Shown one piece after another: positions 55,775 to 64,000 of a stretch of DNA of 64,000 nt. Position 1 is the first letter of the stretch. Each line of letters opens with the position of its first letter. The notes under the pieces are model-generated. The model worked only from the letters and a program-made list of their open reading frames with translations. It ran no database searches and was not told the DNA's origin. A program made the translations under genes and the position numbers. Source of the stretch: an uncultured delta proteobacterium (GTDB taxonomy: Bacteria; Myxococcota; Myxococcia; SLRQ01); assembly GCA_963727485.1 (NCBI GenBank), contig CAVSGM010000001.1:320001-384000 (forward strand). The letters run 5' to 3'.

Positions 55775-58700
55775 CTAGGGGATGATGCCGCCGCTGCAGG
55801 TGCAGGTGGAGGTGTCGCACACGGTGTTGCCGGTGCAGTTCCCGTTGCAGTTGGGCGCGCAGACGCAGGCGCAGGCGTTGGGATCGAGCGTGTAGTTCCC
55901 GCCGCAGTCGAGGGCAGCGGTGTCGCAGACGCAGGCGCAGCTGGTGCTGTCGTAGGTGTAGCCCGGGGCGCAGGTCACGCCCCCGGCGCACACGCAGCCG
56001 CAGGTGCTGGTGTCGCAGGTCTGGTAGCCGGTGCAGGCGCCGTTGCAGTCCGAGGGGCAGGTCCAGCTGCAGCTCCCGGTGTCGCAGGTGTAGTTCGGCC
56101 CCGGCTGGCCGCCGCCGCAGTCCGCGGGGCAGTCGCAGGTGTTCGTCTGGGGGTTGCACACCGTCGGCGAGGGGCAGGTGCCGCAGCCGCCCCCGTCGGG
56201 GTTCGGCGTCCGGTCCACCCAGTAGCGGTAGCTCACCGCCATCGGCAGCCCGGTCTGCGCCGGCCGGTAGGAGCCGAAGAGCTGGATGGTCTGGTTGGCG
56301 CCGTCGTAGTCGAAGCCGTTGGTGCGGCTCCGGGGCACGGTGATCACCGCTCCGGTTCCGTCGTCCATGGCCAGCTTCAACGTCGCCGAGATCGGCGGCT
56401 CGGAGAGCTGGTAGGGGCTGTTGGCGCCGCCGGCGGCGGTGATCATCGCCGAGATGGTGGTGGGGATGCTGTTGGCGTCCTCGAGGTCGCCGATGATCCC
56501 GCCGGCCTGGGTGATCACGTTCTGGTAGGTGCCGGCGTAGTTGAAGCAGTTGGCGTAGGGCGGCGTGGGAGACGGCCGGCAGATGAGGCCGTTGACCAGG
56601 ATGTTGTTGTTCTTGAAGAAGGTGATGAAGTTGTTCTGCGCCGTGGCCGAGACGCCGGTGGACTGCTCGTCCTCGTCGGAGAGGAGCAGCACCACCAGGT
56701 TGGCGCCGGCGCGGATGTCCGTGTGGTGGGCGGTCCACCAGTTCTGGGTGCTCTGGAGCGCCCGCTCATCGCCGCTGCCGCCGGTCCCCGGCTGGGTCCG
56801 CGACTGGAAGGTGCTGGCGTTGGTGGTGAAGCCCGCCCAGGTGCCGGTGTTGTAGTAGTCGGTGTAGATGACCCCCAGCCGCCAGTTGAGGCTCGAGTTC
56901 TGGAGCTGGCTGATGGTGTCGGTGGTGGCGTTGCCGAGGATGGTCTGCTCCTGGGCCATGGAGCAGGAGTTGTCGACCACGTAGAGGAAGTCCACGGGCT
57001 GCGGCGGCTTGGAGAGGAAGGTGTCGCACTGCACCCCGGTGGTGTCGCCGACCTGGGCCAGCGGGCTGCCGTTGGCCAGGTCGTCCACGGCGATGAGCTT
57101 GGCCTCGGCGGTGGTCTTGGGGGTGAAGGCGAGGACGTAGACCGATCGGTTGGCCGACCGGCGCACCACCTCCAGGGACGCCGAGAAGGGCCCGGTGGCA
57201 CCGCCGGCTGCGCCGAAGAGCCCGGTGGCCCCGGGGATCAGGGCCTTCGCCAGGGTGTTGGCGGCGGTGGTGATGTCACCGGACTGGTTCCAGTCGAGGG
57301 TGCCTCGGATGGCCGCGTAGCCATCCCAGGTGGTGAACGGCTGGGTGATCACCGTGGCCACCCCGCCGTGGCCCGTGAGCGTCGCGCGCAGGGCGTTGAG
57401 GTCGGCGGTGGTGTCGGCGCCGGCGGGGGTCATGGCGACGGCCACCCCGGCTACGTGCGTCGTGGGGTCGTAGACCATCACCCCCATCTGGGCGTTGCCA
57501 TCCATCACCGTGGCCACCGTGCCGTAGCTCTGGAGGGAGGCGAGCTGCACGTCCCCGGTGGTGGCGGCCTGGAAGAGCACCTTCACCAGGTTGGCGGTGG
57601 CGCAGGCGCCGGTGGTCACCGGGTTGGCGTCGTTGGGGTTGTTGGGGTCGGTCTCCGCCGGGATGTTCTGGGAGGGGATCGCCGGGTCCACGCGCCCGTT
57701 GTGGTTGCGGTCCTCGGCGCCGTCCATCAGCCCGTCCCCGTCGGTGTCGGGGTTGGTGGGATCGGTGGTGGTGCTCGGGTCCGCGTCCACCGCGGTGTTG
57801 GGGCAGTTGGTGGGATCGGCGCTCTGGGTGACGCCCATCTCCAGGCCGTCGGGCAGCCCGTCTCCGTCGGTGTCGGGGTTGGTGGGATCGGTCTCGCCGG
57901 GATCCACCTTGCCGTTGTGGTTGGCGTCCTCCTGGCCGTCGGTGAGGCCGTCGCAGTCGGTGTCCACCCGGAGGGGGTCGGTCTCGCCGAGGTTCACCTT
58001 CCCGTCCTGGTTCTTGTCCTCGACCCCGTCCTTGAGCCCGTCGCCGTCGGTGTCGGGGTTGTGGGGGTCGGTGTGGGTGACGTTGATCTCCCGGGCGTCG
58101 GTGATCCCGTCGCCGTCGGAGTCCACGTCGGGGACCAGGGGGTTGGTCTCGCCGGGATCGACGATGCCGTTGTGGTCGGCGTCCTCGGTGCCGTCGGGGA
58201 TGCCGTCGCCGTCGGTGTCGGGGTTGGTGGGGTCGGTCTCGCCCGGGTCGACCTTGCAGTTGTGGTTCTTGTCCTCGAGGCCGTCGGGGAGGCCGTCGCC
58301 GTCGGTGTCGCGGAGCCGGGGATTGGTCTCGCCGGTGTCCACCGCGCCGTTGGCGTTGTGGTCCTCGCAGCCGTCGGTGAGCTGGTCGCCGTCGGTGTCG
58401 GGGTTGTTGGGGTCGGTCTCGCCCTGCTCGAACTTCCCGTCGTGGTTGGCGTCCTCGACGCCGTCGGGCAGCCCGTCCTGGTCGGTGTCGGCGAGGGTGG
58501 GATCAGTCGTCGTGGTGGGGTCCGCGTCGGGGTGGAAGATGCCCTGGCACTGGGGATCCGGGGACGAGGTGCGCCCGAGCTCGACGCCGTCGGGGATCCC
58601 GTCGCCGTCGCTGTCGGCGTTGTTGGGATCGGTGTGGCGCCCGGCGCCGTAGACCATGGAGAACTCCTCGGCGTCGGAGAGTCCGTCACAGTCGGTGTCG

Positions 58701-58966
58701 CGGGTGTCGTTGCCCGGCGCGTTCGGGTTTGCCGGCGGGCGCCCGGTGGAGGTGCCGCCGTCGGTGAGCCCACCGTCGGTCCCGGTGTTGCCCCCGTCGG
58801 TGCCCGTCTGGCCCCCGTCGGTGCCGGTGTTGTTGCCACCGTCGCCGGCGGTCCCGCCGTCCTGGTGCTGGCCCGGGGAGCTGCCGCAGCCGGCGCAGCC
58901 TCCGGCGTAGGGCAGGAAGACGAGAAGCGAGAGGAGGATCATCCGACGGGTCGAGTGGCGCATCAC
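55775..58966 (-). CDS. cglD: Gliding-motility lipoprotein CglD-like (TSP3-type Ca-binding repeats, VWA/MIDAS domain, Cys-rich C-terminus)
   Basis: Lipoprotein signal, DTDCDGLSDAEE start of many DTDGDG..DG.ED.N.NG repeats, VDFLYVVDNSCSM (MIDAS DxSxS), LSDEDE, VPRSRTNGFDYD, EGF-like tail. Confidence 0.8.
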   Translation of the reverse strand: MMRHSTRRMILLSLLVFLPYAGGCAGCGSSPGQHQDGGTAGDGGNNTGTDGGQTGTDGGNTGTDGGLTDGGTSTGRPPANPNAPGNDTRDTDCDGLSDAEEFSMVYGAGRHTDPNNADSDGDGIPDGVELGRTSSPDPQCQGIFHPDADPTTTTDPTLADTDQDGLPDGVEDANHDGKFEQGETDPNNPDTDGDQLTDGCEDHNANGAVDTGETNPRLRDTDGDGLPDGLEDKNHNCKVDPGETDPTNPDTDGDGIPDGTEDADHNGIVDPGETNPLVPDVDSDGDGITDAREINVTHTDPHNPDTDGDGLKDGVEDKNQDGKVNLGETDPLRVDTDCDGLTDGQEDANHNGKVDPGETDPTNPDTDGDGLPDGLEMGVTQSADPTNCPNTAVDADPSTTTDPTNPDTDGDGLMDGAEDRNHNGRVDPAIPSQNIPAETDPNNPNDANPVTTGACATANLVKVLFQAATTGDVQLASLQSYGTVATVMDGNAQMGVMVYDPTTHVAGVAVAMTPAGADTTADLNALRATLTGHGGVATVITQPFTTWDGYAAIRGTLDWNQSGDITTAANTLAKALIPGATGLFGAAGGATGPFSASLEVVRRSANRSVYVLAFTPKTTAEAKLIAVDDLANGSPLAQVGDTTGVQCDTFLSKPPQPVDFLYVVDNSCSMAQEQTILGNATTDTISQLQNSSLNWRLGVIYTDYYNTGTWAGFTTNASTFQSRTQPGTGGSGDERALQSTQNWWTAHHTDIRAGANLVVLLLSDEDEQSTGVSATAQNNFITFFKNNNILVNGLICRPSPTPPYANCFNYAGTYQNVITQAGGIIGDLEDANSIPTTISAMITAAGGANSPYQLSEPPISATLKLAMDDGTGAVITVPRSRTNGFDYDGANQTIQLFGSYRPAQTGLPMAVSYRYWVDRTPNPDGGGCGTCPSPTVCNPQTNTCDCPADCGGGQPGPNYTCDTGSCSWTCPSDCNGACTGYQTCDTSTCGCVCAGGVTCAPGYTYDSTSCACVCDTAALDCGGNYTLDPNACACVCAPNCNGNCTGNTVCDTSTCTCSGGIIP
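57620..58710 (-). repeat. Coding repeats (thrombospondin type-3-like DxDxDG units)
   Basis: Recurrent GTCGGTGTCGGGGTTG / GTCGCCGTC units at ~100-nt period inside cglD. Confidence 0.8.
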
Positions 58967-59072
58967 CCGCCCACTCTACCAACCCGCGCTCCCCCTGGCA
59001 CGGAAGTCCCCAGTGAAATCGCAAGGTCAGGGATCACATGAAACGACAATGGTCCCGATGTAGGCCCGCGGC

Positions 59073-60847
59073 CTACCGGGTGCCGGTGGTTGCCCGGGCC
59101 CGGGTCGGGGCGGACACGGTGGCCCCGGGCCGGGCGTAGACCACCGCCAGGGGCACCCCGTCGAGATAGAAGCCCGCCGCCGGCGCCCGCACCCCGGAGA
59201 TCGGTCCAGATCTCGAACTCCCGGTCCCGGAACTCCTGGTGGTAGAGGTACGTGGAGAGGTCCGACTGGGCCGGGTCGTTGGCCCAGCGGAGGTCGCGGC
59301 GCAGCCACCCCTCGCGCTGGTACCAGCGGTAGGCGGCGTAGGTGACCTCGTGGAAGTAGATCCGGGCGCCGCGCCGGGCGTGGGCGTCGATCCACGGGAG
59401 CACGGTGCTCACCGAGTTGCTCCAGAACTGGCGCTGCATCCCCACCGAGGCGGCCCCGGGGGCGCCGCCGACCAGGGCGTTGTAGGCGGCGGTGCCGTTG
59501 GGGTGGAAGTGCCCGGCGGCGGTGGCGCTCGGGAGGAGCACCAGGGCCGAGAGGCCCACCGCCGCGGCGCCGGCCCTCGCCGGGGCCACCGCCCGGGCCG
59601 CGAGGACCACCACCTCGCCCCCGAGGATCGCGAGGAACGGCATCGCCGGCATCCAGTGCTTCACCCCGCCGAAGATGGGCACGTCGGGCAGGGCGATGAG
59701 GACGATGGGGAAGAGGCCGTTCAAGACCAGGAGCCACAGGTCGCTGCGGCGGGCGTCGGCGTCGGCGTCGGCGGCGGTGGCGGGGGCGGGCGGCGGGGGC
59801 GGGCGGCGCGGGGTCGGCGGGCGGGGCGTTGCCTGCGGGGGGCGTGCCCCGCTTCGGCCACCACCCCGCGCCCCGGAAGAGGTGGGCGAGGGCCGCGGCG
59901 AGGCCCACGGTCATCGCCAGGAGGATGGGCACCGGCACCGTGAGGGCGGTGACCACGAAGGGGTAGGCGAAGGGGAAGGGTGGCTCGCGCAGCACCCGCC
60001 CCAGGTACTGCCAGGGGTAGTTCACGTGGTTGAGGTGGAAGGCGGCGTACCAGGCGAAGCGGCTGGCGGTGTGGTGCCACATCCACGGCCAGGTGAGGAA
60101 GAGCACCGCCGGCCCCAGGATCGCCATCGCCGGGAACGCCAGGGGCACCGCCCGGATCCGCGCCTTCCACCCGCCGGCGCCCCAGGCGGCCCGTCCCCGG
60201 GTGATCAGCCAGTGGAGGACCAGGAGCGGCGGGAGGAAGTAGGCGTTGAGCTTCACCGCGATCGCCAGGCCGAAGGCGAGGCCCGCGGCCACCGACCACC
60301 GGCGCGAGGCCCCGGGCTCGAGGGCCCGGCGGTAGGCGTAGACGGTGAGCAGCCAGGCGGCGGTGACCGGGACGTCGAAGCACGCCAGCATCAGGTGGTA
60401 GAAGTGCCGCGGGATCACCGCCATCGCCACCGCGGCGAAGGCCCCGGCGGCAGGCGTCGACACCCGGCACCCCAGCAGGAAGGTGAAGGCCACCAGGAGC
60501 GCCGCGAAGAGCAGCGCCGGGATCCGGAAGCCCAGGAAGTGATCGGTCCAGCCCAGGGTGTCGTGGAAGAGGGCGTGGGAGAGGCCGAAGAGGATCTTGG
60601 GGAGCGCCGCGTGCTCATGGTTGATGGCGAAGCGACGGGCGACCCCGCGATCCGAGAGGGCCTCGAGGGGATGGTGGCCGAGGTCGGCGAACCAGGCGGC
60701 GTAGCTCTCGCCGGCGTCGAAGTACACCGACTCGTCCCGGGGGATGCCCATGGTCCTCTGGGCGAAGACCAGGATCACGAAGAGCACCACGCCCAGGGCC
60801 AGGGCCACCAGGCGTTCGCGACGGGGGTGGGGCGCGGGCCGGGTCAC
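59073..60847 (-). CDS. GT-C fold glycosyltransferase (GT39/ArnT/PMT-like), apparent +1 frameshifts at ~59790 and ~59196
   Basis: GIPRDESVY, NHEHAALPK, FRIP, CFDVP, AVKLNA, TWPWMW, FGGVKHWMPAMPF, MQRQFW; the corrected end GFYLDGVPLAVVY..* stops at TAG 59073-59075. Confidence 0.8.
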
Positions 60848-61806
60848 GGGGCGTGGCCTCCGGGGGCGCCGCGAACCCAGGCGTCGAAGCAGAAGTGCCG
60901 GTCCCCGTCCGAGGGCGTGCTCACCACGAAGCGCACCGGCCCCGGGTCGCCGCCAGGGAGCGGAAGGCGCCGTTCGAACCACCCTGGCCGCGGCGGGACG
61001 GTGAGGCCGCCGAGGTCGCGGTCGCCGGCGTAGGCCTCGAGGTGCACCGGGGCGAGGTGGGGCCGGAGCGCCGACTCGCCCACCAGCCCGCCGTGGACGA
61101 CCAGGGTCCCGGCGTGGGGCGCGGTGGGGAAGCGGATCACCAGGGGCACCCGCGTCGCCGGGTGGGCCCAGATGCATCGGCGCGGGAGGTAGTCAATCTC
61201 GCGGATCTCGGCGCCGACGTAGTTCCAGGGCGCCCGGGCGCACTGGAACCTCGGCTCCTGCCCACCGCCCGTCGTCCAGGGGCAGGGGCGTGCGTCGAGG
61301 GTCACCTGCGCGGCCCGGAGGTGGTCCCGGAAGTGCCAGCGCGGGGGCTGGGGCGGCAGGTCGAAGCGCAGCAGGCGCAGGCGCCCCACCTCGGCGTCGA
61401 CCTTGGGCGCGCCGAAGCGCCCCCGGAGCCGGGCGAGCTCGGCGTCGACCCCGGTGAAGGGCAGGTCCGGGAACGCCACCACCCAGAGGCGACCCACCCG
61501 GCCCAGGTCGGGATCCCCCGCGGGGAGGCTGAAGACCGGGGGACCGCCCCGGAGCGCCAGGCGCGGGCGCTCGGCCCACAGGGGCACCAGGAGCACCGCG
61601 TCGCCGGGGCGGGCGGCGGCGCGGATCCGGGCGGCGACAGCGTCGTCGTCGCCGCGGCTCGGCACCCGGGCCAGGCGCATCCCCTGGAAGCCCAGCGACC
61701 CCAGGGCCGCGAGGACCAGGGCGGCGAAGGCGGCAAGCCCCGCCCGCCGGACCCGGGGGGACGGATCGTCGGGGGCGATCAGCACCGCCCGTCCCCGGTG
61801 GGGCAT
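60844..61806 (-). CDS. Membrane-anchored hypothetical protein coupled to the GT-C gene
   Basis: One TM, then RPGDAVLLVPLWAERPR...RRCIWAHP...RHFCFDAWV; GTGA overlap with the downstream gene. Confidence 0.7.
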   Translation of the reverse strand: MPHRGRAVLIAPDDPSPRVRRAGLAAFAALVLAALGSLGFQGMRLARVPSRGDDDAVAARIRAAARPGDAVLLVPLWAERPRLALRGGPPVFSLPAGDPDLGRVGRLWVVAFPDLPFTGVDAELARLRGRFGAPKVDAEVGRLRLLRFDLPPQPPRWHFRDHLRAAQVTLDARPCPWTTGGGQEPRFQCARAPWNYVGAEIREIDYLPRRCIWAHPATRVPLVIRFPTAPHAGTLVVHGGLVGESALRPHLAPVHLEAYAGDRDLGGLTVPPRPGWFERRLPLPGGDPGPVRFVVSTPSDGDRHFCFDAWVRGAPGGHAP

Positions 61807-61914
61807 GGCCTTCGTTGACCGGTCCGAGGGGGGGCCGCTAGCATGGGCGCGCCGGGGACGGTAGCCGAGGCCACCGAGGGGGTCAACGTACCCCCGGTCC
61901 ATCCCCGCCACCCC

Positions 61915-62256
61915 ATGAAGCTCCTCGTGGTCATCATCAAGGGCCGGGCCCGCCTCGAGGACCTCCTCACCGGGTTCCTGGAGATCGGCGTCACCGGCGC
62001 GACCGTGGTCGACGGCCAGGGCATGGGCCAGGTCATCAGCCGCGACGTGCCCATCTTCGCCGGACTCAAGACCCTCTTCCCCGGCGCCGAGGGGGCGAGC
62101 CAGGTGATCCTCTCGGTGGTCCCCGACGACCTGGTGGACTCGGCCTTCGCCCTCATCGACGAGGTCTACGGGAGCCTCGCGGAGCCCGGGACGGGCATCG
62201 CCTTCACCCTCCCGGTGGACGCGGTGCGTGGCTTCACCACCGACGTCCCCGCCTAG
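61915..62256 (+). CDS. Non-canonical P-II-like signalling protein
   Basis: MKLLVVII..LEDLL..GVTGATVVDGQGMG...GTGIAFTLPVDAVRG. Confidence 0.8.
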   Translation: MKLLVVIIKGRARLEDLLTGFLEIGVTGATVVDGQGMGQVISRDVPIFAGLKTLFPGAEGASQVILSVVPDDLVDSAFALIDEVYGSLAEPGTGIAFTLPVDAVRGFTTDVPA

Positions 62257-62288
62257 CCTTCGCGCCGCCGGGATCCGCCCCCGGCGCG

Positions 62289-62834
62289 TCAGGAGCGGGT
62301 GCGCCGGAGCCTGGCCTCGGACTTCTCCCGGCAGAAGTCGCAGAGGGTCGGCTCGGCGGCCGAGGCCGCGGTGGCCGGCGCCCAGGGCACGTACATGGCG
62401 CACCGGGCGTCGAGGCACCGGTGGAGGCCCCAGAGGAAGCCCACCTGCTGCACCGCCCGGCGGGCGATGCGGTCGGCGTAGTCGGTGAACGCCGCCTCGG
62501 ACTCGGGGGTGACGTCGCTGCCGGGGGACTCGAGGCCGGCGGCGGTGATCACCGCGACCCCCGCGGCCTGGTCGGCCCAGCCGGTGCCCGGCGGGACGCC
62601 CAGGGGACCGTCGGGGAGGACGAGCGGCGCGTGGAGGACGAAGACGCTCCGGTCGTCCTCGAAGGCGTGGGCCGGCGGCACCTCGGCGAGGAAGTCGGCG
62701 ACGGACACCGGGCCGGGGCGCGGGGGGACGGGATCGGTGGGCTCGCAGCCGATGCCGAAGGCCATGAAGAGCCGGCGGCAGAGGTGGTCGACGACGAAGG
62801 GGGGGAAGCCGGCGTCGGGGGCGAGGCGGATCAC
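62289..62834 (-). CDS. carG: CarG-like zinc-binding adaptor (inactive archaemetzincin homologue)
   Basis: GTG start overlaps the true CarD TGA. RRAVQQVGFLWGLHRCLDARCAM...LCDFC aligns with archaemetzincin HExGHxxGLxHC-x4-CxM...CxxC with the catalytic Glu absent. Confidence 0.78.
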   Translation of the reverse strand: MIRLAPDAGFPPFVVDHLCRRLFMAFGIGCEPTDPVPPRPGPVSVADFLAEVPPAHAFEDDRSVFVLHAPLVLPDGPLGVPPGTGWADQAAGVAVITAAGLESPGSDVTPESEAAFTDYADRIARRAVQQVGFLWGLHRCLDARCAMYVPWAPATAASAAEPTLCDFCREKSEARLRRTRS

Positions 62835-63614
62835 TTGGCGCCTTTCCGGCCGCCGGACTTCGCGGTCTTCGTCGTCTTGGACGCGGTGGGCTTCTTGGCG
62901 GCCTTCTTGGCGGCCGGCTTCTTCGCCGGGGCCTTCGTGGCCGGGGCCTTCTTGGAGGCCTTCTTGGCCGCGGGCTTCTTCGCCGGCGTCTTCTTGGCGG
63001 CCTTCTTCGCCGGGGCCTTCTTCGCCGGGGCCTTCTTCGCCGCGGGCCTTCTTGGCCGCGGGCTTCTTGGCCGCGGGCTTCTTGGCGGCCGGCCTGGCCG
63101 CCTCGGCCTTCGCCGGCGCCGCCGGCTGGGCGGGCGGCACCAGGGCCAGGTCGAGCTGGTCCTCCACCGCCACCGGCGACAGGTCCAGCACCTGGCCCAG
63201 CTCCTCCACCAGGAGGGCGCGGACCTGGTCGTAGGTGTCGCGCTCCCGCTGGGGGAGGGCCCGGAGCTCGGAGAGGGCGAAGAGGTTGCGCAGGACCTCG
63301 ACCATGCCCTCGAGGCCCCCGTGGGTCGTGCGCTCGAGGTGGTCCTTCTGGCGGGTCTTCCAGTCGAGATCGAGGTCGTGCTCGCTGTCCCGGAGGAACA
63401 CCAGGGCGGCCCGGGCCTCGTCGGGGCTCGCCAGCGGCCGGACGCCGATGGTCTCGGCCTTGGCCCTCGGCACCTTCACCGTCGCCCCGTCCCGGGCGCG
63501 GACCAGGGTCACGAACTCGGCGCGGTGGCCACCGATCTCCATGGCCTCCACGCCCTGGATCCGGCAGATCCCCTGGTTGGGATAGACGACCTGCGCTCCC
63601 GCCTCGAGCTTCAT
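62831..63614 (-). CDS. carD: CarD transcription factor with histone-H1-like (AKK-rich) C-terminal tail, apparent +1 frameshift at ~63047
   Basis: N-terminal VVYPNQGICRI..ATVKVP..IGVRP..LDWKTR (CarD_CdnL_TRCF). Removing one base gives the tail PAAKKPAAKK..APAKK..SGGRKGAK* with TGA at 62831-62833. Confidence 0.85.
62880..63090 (-). repeat. 12-15-nt tandem repeats encoding PAAKK/APAKK units
   Basis: GGGCTTCTTGGCCGC / GGCCTTCTTCGCCGG units on the plus strand. Confidence 0.85.
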
Positions 63615-63692
63615 CGGCGCATCCTCCGGCGCCCGGATACCATGGGGACCCGAACGGATCCACCCCGGCCCGGGGGCCGGCGGCGGCGCCCG

Positions 63693-63890
63693 CTAGCGCT
63701 GGGCGAGGGCCTGGTGCGAGAGGCGGGGCAGGAGGACCCGGAGGCGGGCGTCGACCTGGGCCTCGATGCGGTGCTCGACCTGGTGGACGCCGGGCGTGGG
63801 GGCCGGGGCGTCGGCGCGGGCGAAGGCGGTGGCGCCGGCGGTGCCGACGAGGGCGGTAGCGAGGGCGGCAGCGGCGAGGATGCGCTTCAT
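63693..63890 (-). CDS. 65-aa secreted hypothetical protein
   Basis: GGAG RBS; MKRILAAAALATALVGTAGATAFARA signal peptide plus ~40-aa mature part. Confidence 0.65.
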   Translation of the reverse strand: MKRILAAAALATALVGTAGATAFARADAPAPTPGVHQVEHRIEAQVDARLRVLLPRLSHQALAQR

Positions 63891-64000
63891 GGCGGGCTCC
63901 GTGTGGGGTCTGGGTCGCCTCCAGGCGACCTGCACCTACACCGTGCCACAGGGTAGGACCCGGTCAACTTTTCCCCCGGGGCGGCCAGGCGGTAGGCTCG

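Noticed and set aside
57620..58710. Regularly spaced repeats resembling a CRISPR array (also 19340-19515, 25480-25535, 62880-63090)
   Set aside because: All are in-frame coding repeats with synonymous variation; no constant repeat with unique spacers and no cas genes.
63930..63949. sigma54-like TGGCACGGTGTAGGTGCA upstream of the small secreted gene
   Set aside because: The GC is 2 nt too far from the GG; sigma54 spacing is strict.

Overview
Very GC-rich chromosomal DNA from a myxobacterium (Myxococcota, inferred from eps, cglD, carD-carG and MXAN_5187-family homologues; the histone-H1-type CarD tail is Anaeromyxobacter-like). No rRNA, tRNA or CRISPR array was seen. Layout: (1) 1-19.7 kb, a compact Wzx/Wzy exopolysaccharide locus (epsZ-wzx-epsY-epsX-55-aa smORF-epsW-PCP-wzy-GT2-acetyltransferase-BY pseudokinase-GT2/acetyltransferase fusion-GNAT-GH44-epsA-ATP-grasp). 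It has a sigma54 promoter, an antisense-embedded deacetylase and a second GH44. (2) GH57, a GT87-like gene and an MXAN_5187-family gene. (3) 26.3-34 kb, a three-gene cell-surface operon: outer-membrane beta-barrel, 1356-aa metzincin lipoprotein and an ~87-Cys lipoprotein. This is my best candidate for an undescribed system. (4) 34-45.5 kb, MATE, sigma54 response regulator, TPR protein, PBP1A, FG-GAP protein, orphan family-5 solute-binding protein and histidine kinase. (5) Cys-rich Pal, CpoB, a UshA-like CxC lipoprotein, AI-2E and Cys-rich lipoproteins. (6) A SplB-like radical-SAM homologue lacking CxxxCxxC, with a LexA-like box and a beta-clamp motif, followed by an IS481 relic. (7) cglD, a GT-C glycosyltransferase, a P-II-like gene and carD-carG. 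At least nine single-base frameshifts break otherwise intact genes. Five lie in or beside GATC, which suggests modification-induced long-read errors rather than pseudogenes. All family calls come from motif recognition by eye; no database search was run.
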